A DNA stretch of 64,000 bases, taken from the NCBI RefSeq assembly GCF_009914755.1, contig NC_060926.1. One strand, 5' to 3'. Under the pieces are notes generated by a model. It searched no databases. It was not told where the DNA came from and worked only from the letters and a program-made list of their open reading frames with translations. The position numbers and the translations under genes were made by a program. Numbering within the stretch: position 1 is the stretch's first letter; each line of letters opens with the position of its first letter. Shown here piece by piece: positions 50,291-64,000 of this stretch. The stretch is from the human T2T-CHM13v2.0 reference genome, Homo sapiens.

Positions 50291-53170
50291 CCTGCAAACT
50301 ATAATACAAGGCCAACTACAGCCTGGGCTTTGAGGCTTTGACCAGGGAGGAGAAGAGATTAGGGAAAGGGCCCATGCGGCAGAGGGAGCAGCATAAACAA
50401 AGACCTGGAGACTCCAGGAAGTATGGGAGTGGGGCTGGAGTGAAAGGTGCATGGAGGCGGGGCTGGGGGCGGGGGCGGGGAGGGGGGGCGGCGGTGGGCA
50501 GAGGCTAGAGGGCCACATGGGGCCAGGCAGTGGAAGGGCCATTGGTTGGCCACACCCCTTCCATCTGGCTTGCCAAACAGTTCCTTTGTGCACAGTGCCC
50601 CTGGCACCTGTGCCAGGCTCCCTGGGCTGCAGACCAAGCCTGTGTCTTCCCCTCTGCAGCTACCAGCACCCCTGCCGCAGGCCTGGCTTTCATGGGCTGC
50701 TGTGGTGGCTGTCAGTGTCTCTCCCCACCCTCCCTGGGCGGCTCCCTGGAGGTGCTGGAGCCAGCCCAGAGGTGCCGGGGAAGTGTGCCAGGTGAGCCAG
50801 CATGCGTGGTGTAGGTGTGGGCGGCTGGGGAGGAGGCCTGGCTATGGCCCAGCCCTTATCTATCCAGATCACTGCCATCTTTTGGCATGACCCCTCCTGC
50901 TGGGGTGTGAGTGTGCACTCTATCAGCACCGGGATCTAGGGCTGGGTGTGTGTTTGTTGCCGCTTGAGCCAGAGCAGTTACTATGGGTAGATAATAATAG
51001 CAATCGTAATCCCTCATAATTGGACCAGACTTTGCTGTCTGCAGGTCACTTCCATGCCCATGACCTTATCTGACTTCCACAACCACCCTTTAAAACAGGC
51101 AAGGCTGGAGTCACTATCCCCATTTTCCAGCTGAGCAAACACAAGCCCAGATGGCCTGAAGTCACATCTCCAGTAAGTGGCATACTCAGGACTAGGACCT
51201 GGGATTTCTGACTCCTGGTCCAGCGTTGCTTCTCAGTCCTGAGCTATTATAATGCAGATCCTGACCTGCTCCCGTCCATTGGTGGTGGCCTGGGGCTCCG
51301 CAGCCCAGAGCAGCAGCAGCGGCGTGGGAGTACAGTCCAGTAACAGGAGGAGTTTGTCCCAGCTGTCCCCACCCTCCCCACCTGTGGGGAGCAGCTGACC
51401 AGTGACTGCCAGTGCATTGATGGGGAGCTGCGTCAGCAACTGTCAGGACATCGGACCCAGAGTGGGGCGACGCTCAGGGTCACCTTATCCGACAGAGAAA
51501 GCAAGCCAGGCCCAAGAAGGGGAGGGAGTCAGCCATGGCCACAGTTGCCACTCCAGAGCACAGACAGCGGCAGGTGTCCCCAACTCTACGGCCAAAGGGC
51601 TTGGGTCTTCATGCTGCTTGAGTCCTGAGCGGGGGCAGCCTAGGGGCCCGCAGGTATCCAGGACTATCAGTTCTTTTCCCATGGATTCAGAAGGGAGGAG
51701 CCTGATCGGTCGCCCCGGGCGTCCTGCCCAGTGGGCCGCAGCGCATGCTGGCTTTCTGACCTGCTCTGGCTGACTGGGTGCACACACCCCCACGGTGCTC
51801 TACAGGGTGCTGGGCTGGGAAGGCAGGTCCCTGGGCGTCATGTGCACTCCTGGGATGTGTACATGTGTCCCTAGCAGGACCTATGCAGGTAGGGCTGTGG
51901 GAAGGGCTCGGACCTGGGAGACAGGAGAACAGGCTGTCATCTGGACCTGCCACTGCCCAGCGGGGCTCAGCTTCCTCATCTGTAAACTGGGGCCATCTGT
52001 CCCTGCCCCATTTGTCTCAAGAGTTGTCCCCAAGGACCAAATAGAACCATTGATGGAAAACTAGGAAACAGAAACACACTCTGAAGAATGGTAAACCCAG
52101 GAAGGAGCTGAGCACGCAAGAGGGAGGTCTCAGAGCTGACACCCTTCAGGTAGGGTGCTGGCTGCCTCTAGCCCCAGAGTGCCCAGGGCCCCCAAAGCTG
52201 GTGCCAGGTGTCCACCTTTGTTCCAAAAGAACCAACTGGTGCCCCCATGAGCATGCCCAGCTACTCCCAGACACCACCAAGCAGCACAACCCCCAGCGCT
52301 ACTCAGGGGAAGGGGAGCAGGCAGGGGGAACTGTGGACAGAGGCACAGCAGACAGACATGCCAGGAAGGCCTATGGCCATCATAAGATCCCCTGGAGGGT
52401 GGCAGTGAGTTCACCATTCCACTGACAGAGGGCAACACAGTCCAGTGCTGGGGGTTAAGGGGCAGCTTTTCCTATCATGGGGACACAGCTTGGTAAGGTC
52501 CCAAGACAGCCTGTGGAGACCCAGCAGGGACTCCCATCAGTCTGATGTAATCTCCTCTGACTGATTCAGGCACAACCTGGAGTTCAGCAGAAGGGTGGAG
52601 AGGCCACCCCCAACTAGATTCTGAAAACATGGAGGTCACCAGCTCCGTGGCCAAAAGCCATACCAAAGATAACCCAGCGACATTCACCTGGAGTCTGGGG
52701 TGGGGGGCGGGGACAGGAAATCACCATCTCCAAAGTGTGCTGGCGCCACACTGAGCCCAGCCTGTGCCTCCGTCTGTGTGGGAGGGTGGGCCCCCGCGGC
52801 CTCGTGTCTGCCGTGCCCCACCCCAGAACTTGTCTTTGGTCCCCTAGAAGCTACTGAACACCTTAAGGAAACAGAGGCAGCTGAGAGAGAAAGTGATTCA
52901 CGTGAAGGCCCACGGCTAGTAAGAGGCGGGTCCGAGAAGGAATCCAGGTTCTGGGACTCTCTGTGAGGCCGAACCCTCACAATGGCACAGACCTGGGCTT
53001 TGAGCCACTGTGCGAATGCCATGGTGGTTAAAAGCCTGGGTCCTGGAACCAAATGCCTGCTCCATCACCAGAATTGAACCTCTGCAAGCCTCCGTTTCCT
53101 CATCACCCAAACAGGGATGTGATGGTCCCACACCCTGTCGTGAGCACTGAGTGATGCGGTCATGCACTCA

Positions 53171-53503
<333 letters not shown>

Positions 53504-56398
53504 CTGTGGGGGAGAGAAGAGGATCAGTGGGGCGGAGCACCCCACCCTCCCTGGGTCAGGCCCTCAGCCCAGGGCCACACCTGGCCTGTGAGGCCTGGGG
53601 TGTTGCTCCTCCTTCTGGCCTCACCAGCACCCCAGAGAGCAGAGAAACCGAGGCAGGCTCCCTTCAGGGCCACCTCCTACCCCAGCAGCCTCTGAGAGCC
53701 TTGGAGTGGCAGCAGTCTCCCCTCCGTGTCGCTGCGGCCAATGGGTGCCACTTCTGGGACCTCCAGCTGCCTCCGCCTCCTCCCTTCTCTTCATTCACAG
53801 CCTCTCTCTCCTTTGAAAGCTTCCCGCATCCTCCCTCCCACCCCAACCAGCCCCTGGGAAATCCCAGCCTCCCCCAGAGGCCCCTAGCCCAGCTACGTTT
53901 TCCTTCTAATCTGTCCTCACCCCCACCCCCACACCTCCCGCCACGTGGAGGAAGTGAGTGCAGTCACAGGATGTAGTGAAATGAATGTCACCTCACTTCA
54001 GGACCGGTGCCTGGGCCCAGAGAAAGCTGAGGTCTGAGCTCAGGCTGCAGGCCTGGTTGGCTCTGGCCTAGGAGGGAGAGGCCACGGCCACGGCCAAGGC
54101 CACAGGCCACGGCCACACTGAGGCAGGAGTGAGGCTGCTCTCTCCCCCACCCCATGAACCAGCCTCATTTGCCTGCAGAGTTGGTGGGCTTGAGGGGTCC
54201 TCTGAACCCACACGGCTGAGTTTAGGGGCTTTTCTTCCCTCTGCTCCAGGTGTAGGCCTCAAGCCAGAGAAATAACAAAGCCTGCAGCTCAGGCCACAGC
54301 TGGGGTGGGGGTGTTGCTGTCTCAGCCCCCTCACTCAGAGACACACAAGAGCTCCCCTGCTCCCCACCCCCGGAGGAGGCGGCCGCCAAGCCCCTGCCTT
54401 GAGTGTGCCAGGGCCCAGGAGGGGATTGGCAGGCAAGGGAGAGCGGGAGGCAGGCTGGATCTGGGCCCACCCACACCCTTCCCCTTCCAGTTCCTGGTTC
54501 TGCTTCCCCAGCTCCCCCTCCCTCCTGGGCTTCTCCTCCCATCCCCCTCCAGTCAGGGCTCCCTGGAAAACCAGGACCGGGAGAAAGCACAGGCTTGGCT
54601 CTCCTACAGGCCTAGCCCCTTTCTCCAGGGGTGCATTCTTGCCTGGGAGTGGGTGCCCCAGCCCTGGCTGTGCCCCAGGGGGTAGTGGGAGGAAGGAGCT
54701 GGCAGGAGGAGCTTCTTAGGGCCAGGACAGGAAGAGCTCCATCAGGTCAACCCAGAAAGGCTTGAAGCGGACCTGCCCCACAGCTGAGCCCTGAGGCAGC
54801 CCAGGTGCACTGCGTCCATTCCCCATACCCCTAGGCACAGCGCAGTGCTGGGCTTAAGGAAGGTTTGCTGCCCGGGTCCCGAGAGGGTGGACGGCAGCGG
54901 AGAGCAGCTCCATCGGCCACATGCCACTCAGGGCCTGGCTCGTGCTCTGCATCTGGGCAGCTGCTGTGCCGTGCCCAGTTTACAGGTGACGGTAAGATCA
55001 ACAAGGCCAGGACCCATCAGAGGCATGAACCCAGATCTCTCTGACACTAAAGTTCTGAGGGGTTGGGTTCACGTCCCCCAACACACACCACAGAAGCAAC
55101 TCTGAAGATCCCAAAAGAGAACTGGTCCAACCCAGAAGCACTCGGCTGCCAGCCCTTAGCAGCCAGTGATTCCCTGTCAAGCCTCACTCCCCATTTGTTA
55201 CCACAGACATCTCCAGCCACACTAAAACAAAAACCTTCGAAAGGGTCAGAAGCTAAGAGGGGCAGAGTCTGATTGGAAAGAACGTTGAGCCCAAAGTCCG
55301 CAGGGGTGGGATCTACTCCTGACGGAGGCTTCCCCGGCCCTCAGTTTCCCCACCAATGAAATGGGAGAGCAGGACCCCTTCTATTAATAGCTCTGACCGG
55401 CCAAGGAAGCTGTTGCGGCCCCACAGGCACAGTGGACACACAAGGGGCTGACAAGGACAGGGCACCCCAAATGGAGTCGGGGGAGACCCAGGCACAAAGG
55501 AAGCGGGGCGGGAGGGTTGTCTTGATGCTGCCCTAGGCTTAGGGACACCCAGAGGGCATCTGTGCCGCCACGGGTGTGGCGAGGTTCAGAGAAGCTCTGG
55601 AGAGGAAGGAAGCTGGAGGGAAAAGCAGAACTTCACAGGGCATTGGCCCCAAGGGCAGACACCCCAGACAGGAAAGGAAAGGAAGATTCTCTTCCTCCTC
55701 CCCTTCCTCCACCCAAGACTCTGACATCTGAGCTGCAGAAACTGTCCTCACAGAAAATGCAGCTGACCTGGGTCAACCCTTTCGTGTTGCTCAATGGACC
55801 AGCCCTGTCAGTAGCAGTCCCTCAAAATCATGTCCATCACCTAAAATCCTCCAGTATGTGTCTGGGCGGGCCATGTACTACACAACTCTAGGGGGCCCCA
55901 GTTGGTGGCCAAGGTCCCAGACCTTGACATAGCATTGCCCACCTACCCGTAGACGCTTCATTCTTCCTTCAGGCAGCCCAGCCATGGGGAGTGGGCTCTC
56001 CTGGGCCCACAGTCCCAACACAGCAGCGGGTGTCCACCACATCGGTCCTTCCACCGCACAGCCCTGGCTGCTTCCGATACCAAAGCGTTCTTCCCACCTG
56101 GGCCAAGGGCTGCACAGCCACCACCACTGCCACCAAAAAACCCTTGCCAAGAACCCTACCACCATGAAAAGCAGCTTTTATTTCCTCCTTTTAGAGTCCA
56201 CAGTGACCATGAATAATGTTTGTAACAGCCACTTAAAAAATTTCAAGGAATCCCACCATGAAAACATCTTCGTATCACAGCTGATATGATCACCATCTCC
56301 ACTGCGTCAACTATAAAACTGTTGTGGAAAAAGAACTGAAAGCTTTGAATATGCATACCAAGGCTCACTACCTTCTAAACTCAATGCAATAGAAACAT

Positions 56399-59410
<3,012 letters not shown>

Positions 59411-59719
59411 TGAATGGATTTTGATATGGACAGATGTGTGTCCTGGAAGATGTGCTCTAATGAGGGGAGTGAGCCAAGCATGAGGAGGACACGAAAGCCA
59501 GAAAACAGAGATTCCAACCGGAAAGTAATGGGAATTCCAAAGATGACCACAAAAGGAAGTCACAGAGCATCAGCTACAATGTGCCTAGAAAGCAACTAGC
59601 CCAGAGTGAAAGAGGATAGATAACTTAAAAAATGGAACTGAAACATCTTTTACCTGCTGTGACTGCCCGTGTGGAAAGCAATACTGATGGCTATTGGAAA
59701 GTGTGGTAGGCCCACCACA

Positions 59720-59870
59720 AAGAAGTGATAAATGCTGGAGGTGATGGATATACCAACTATCCTGTTTTGATCATTACACAATGTATGCATGTATTGAAAC
59801 ATCACATTGTACCCCATAGAGATGCACAATTATTATGTGTCAGTTAAAAAGAAAAAAAGAAAAAGAAGTC
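59720..59870 (+). mobile_element. L1M 3' end with A-rich tail
   Basis: gaggtgatggatatacc..tgatcattacacaatgtatgcatgtattgaaacatcacattgtaccccata..aattattatgtgtca. Confidence 0.75.
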
Positions 59871-60139
59871 CTAAGGTAACAGTATTGTTAAAGAAAAATA
59901 AAATTATATTAGAAGTTGTGGTAGGAATTAGCAACAGGTACAAAAAAATAAGGCAGATGAGAAACAAGGTAATTATTAACTTCAGGGAAAAAAAAACGAA
60001 AAGAAACTATTACAGTGCACCACAAGGCTCAGCTGTGAATAATAGTTTTATCGAAATAATAAAATAAACACTGTGTGTAGGTTTAACAAATATATGTGTG
60101 TGTACCTATATATGTATATATGCATGTATGTACACACAA

Positions 60140-60939
<800 letters not shown>

Positions 60940-60958
60940 ATGCACAAAACATTTTTGA

Positions 60959-61281
<323 letters not shown>

Positions 61282-62809
61282 TTAAGGAGGATGGCTGAAG
61301 AGCAGAAAGGTTGGACATGTAAGAGGATCTACTAAATAGGAAATCAATGGAAAATGTCTAAATAGATGAATCAAAAATATGCACTTTACTCAGAAATATG
61401 AGATGAAAATTGCTGGAAGAAACAGCCAAGAGAATCGAAAGCGGTTGCCTCTGAGAAGAGGATAAGGGTAGGAGTAGGCAAGGAATCACTGCATTTTGTT
61501 AGGAGGTTTTAGTACTATTCGACTTCTTAAATTATATGCATGTACTACTGTGAGTAAATAAAAATGAATTTTTAAACAGAGAGAGTGGGGATGGGAGAAA
61601 GGGCTTACGTCCCAACTGCAGCCATCGGTTGCGTTTGGCCTCCATTTCCTTCTCTATAAATAAGAGTGTAGCTGAGGCCTTTCCACCTCTGTTGTTCTAT
61701 GAAATCATCACGTCCCACAGAATAACCATCATCAGCTCCTCACACCCACACAGAGTTCCATCACCAGCTACAACACTGGTACCTCCCTCTCCACCCCCCA
61801 CCCTCACGAAATGTTTAATCCTCCAAACACATCATTCCCGCTGCGTCCAGCCCATGGGCAGCGCAAGTCAGTGCTGCCTGCATCCGTAACCCCAACCCCC
61901 GCTCACTCAGCCCCTTCTCAGACCAAAGAGCTACATCTCCACCATCTCCTGAAGCCTCAGGACTGCTCCCCTGCACCACACTGTCCCCACTGCCGCCCCC
62001 ACTTCCTCACCAACCCCAGCCTCATCAGCACCCCCGAGATGACCACCCAAGCCTCCTCTCCATCTTCAGATTGAGGACTGCTGGCCCCCCTGCCACCCCA
62101 CAGTCTCTCCTCAACAAGGGCTTGCACATAATTATCCTCTTCCAAAACCAAAACTGTCACGGCCCACAAACCTAAATCCTCACTCCACCAAACACGATCC
62201 CAATATTCTCACCCTAAGGGCCCCTTCTTCTCCGTCTCAAGTTCTCTGTCTGAATGGCTGAAAAATATCTGACCATTTCTGTAGCAGGTCCTTCTCCCTC
62301 CCTCTGCTTGCATTCTCCTTTTCCTCTAGTGGACTCTGGTTGTTCTGCTCTACCTAGATGCCTTCCCCTCCTTCCCGGTGGGAAACGCTTGTCAAAAGGT
62401 TTTCGTTGTGCCTGTGCTGACCTCAACCCTCACCCCAGGCAAGTGGTGAGCACGTGACCAGGCAGAGCCAATCAGAGGCCTCCCTGGAACCTTTTTATCG
62501 ATGCGATGGAAGGATGCTAACATGGTCGATGTGAGTCAGGGGCTGCCAGCTGCTGTCTTCCCGCCATGTGGGTGAGCCTGCCTGAGAACGAAGAGCTCAG
62601 AGATGAAGACAGAGGGATAAAGCGTTGTAGTCACTGTCTGGGCCCCTGGTCTTGCTGTTCCTGGAGGCAGGGACGTCTCTGAACTTCCGGGGACTGTGAG
62701 CTTTCACTACTTTGGTATGAGTCTATGACTTGTGGTTGACACCCTCCTGACCTAAGGGCTAATCTCAGTCCCCTCCAGGGCTCCCTGGGAGGCCAACTGC
62801 GGGGTTTCC

Positions 62810-63750
62810 AACACTGGCCTTATTTCTTACCAGCTGTGTGGCCTGAGGCGAAACTGTGCCTCAGTTTTCTCAGCTGTCGAGTGGGAGAAAGAACTTTCCA
62901 CCTCACAGCGCTGCTGTGAAAATTAAAATGGAATGCCCTAAAAATGCTTCCAAGAGCGCCTGGCACAGAGAAAGTACTCAATAAATCTTAACGATGATTA
63001 CTCTCAGATTCAACCAGCCCGCAGATTTCTCTCCTTTCTTGAAATCCCTGGAGTTCCTCTAAGTGGCCTTCGCTCAGGCAGGAGCTTGTACTTAAGCTCC
63101 TCCGACATGCCAGGCCCCGTGAGCAGAGCTTTACAATGTCAACATCTCATTAATCCTCACACCTCACCCCAACCCTTTGAAGTGGGTACTATTTTTATCC
63201 CCATTTTCCAGATGAGAATAATGAGGTATGGAGAGATTAATAAAACTGCCCAAGGTCACACAGTGGGTAAGGGGTGGAGCCAGGCACAGTCCAGGTCCAC
63301 CCCACTCAGAAGCTCACAGCTCTCCACTCCCTCTCTCACAATCAGCATGTGACTGCTGCAGATCTATATTAACTTTGGGCACGGACTGGCCAGAAAACAA
63401 AGTTTCCAGTCAGTCTCTCTCTCCTGGTCAGGCTTGTCTGCAGTGGGAGCGGGGAAGGAGGGCACTGGAGCATGCTAATCACAGTATTCAATGCCCTGCC
63501 CAATGCAGTGGTCATTCACTCATTCATTCATGCAGCTATTTCCTGAGCACCTACCATGTGCCAAGCACTGTGCTAAGGAACATGCACTATCCTCAATCCT
63601 CAAAACAATCCTATGAAGCAGGTCCTATTGTTATCCCCATTTTATAGAAGACATGGAGGCTTAAAGAGGTTTAATACCTCTCTAGGGTAGCACAGCTAGA
63701 AAGCCCCAGGGCAGGATTATAAATCCAGGTCCGTGTAACTCAGAACCCTT
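62810..63750. mobile_element. Several MIR fragments
   Basis: tgtgcctcagttttctcagctgt; atccccattttccagatgag; atccccattttatagaaga. Confidence 0.6.
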
Positions 63751-64000
63751 CGCAAATGTGGCAGTTCTTGGTCATGAATGAGCATGCTAAACACACATCT
63801 CAGAGCCAGCGCCATGATCGATGTTTGTGCCTCTGGGGTGACCCTGGCCCACAGATAACAGTCCCATGGCTAAATTTCCTATTTGAGCTTAGGAGGAGGT
63901 GCAAATGTGGGTGACAGAAGGCAGCAGAGTATCTTGTGCCCCACCCCCACCCCCTGCCCAATCATCTGCTAGGGTAGGGGTCAGCTAGGGGCCAGGAGAA

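Noticed and set aside
54080-54117. Degenerate GGCCAC hexamer run
   Set aside because: Short low-complexity repeat with no supporting context.

Overview
Human (primate) genomic DNA, Alu-rich, lying entirely inside the DNMT3A gene (DNA methyltransferase 3A), which is on the minus strand. The window runs from intron 1 (right end) to intron 6 (left end). It contains the DNMT3A1-specific N-terminal exons 2-6: 53255-53503, 39500-39604, 21803-22073, 14852-14895 and 14293-14439, encoding residues 1-213. Read-through of the exon 4 donor gives a 166-aa short isoform. Intron 5 is a GC-AG intron, and intron 4 holds a CpG island at about 16240-16930. Exons for the PWWP, ADD and methyltransferase domains are not in the window. 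The strongest hypothesis is an internal first exon in the CpG island: AAG-ATG-G|GTGAGA is a strong-Kozak ATG followed by a phase-1 donor that fuses in frame to exon 5. The island also carries CTCF and EGR1 sites. This would give an intermediate isoform keeping the exon-6 H2AK119ub-recruitment region but lacking residues 1-149. Two candidate poison exons sit next to sense-strand UG repeats, the architecture typical of TDP-43-repressed cryptic exons. Other observations: a 60-bp perfect AT palindrome next to (TA)28, a tightly packed inverted Alu triad, and a polyadenylated LTR fragment inserted into an Alu linker. Repeat boundaries and subfamilies were called by eye and are approximate. Gene identity comes from recognising the protein sequence; no database search was run.
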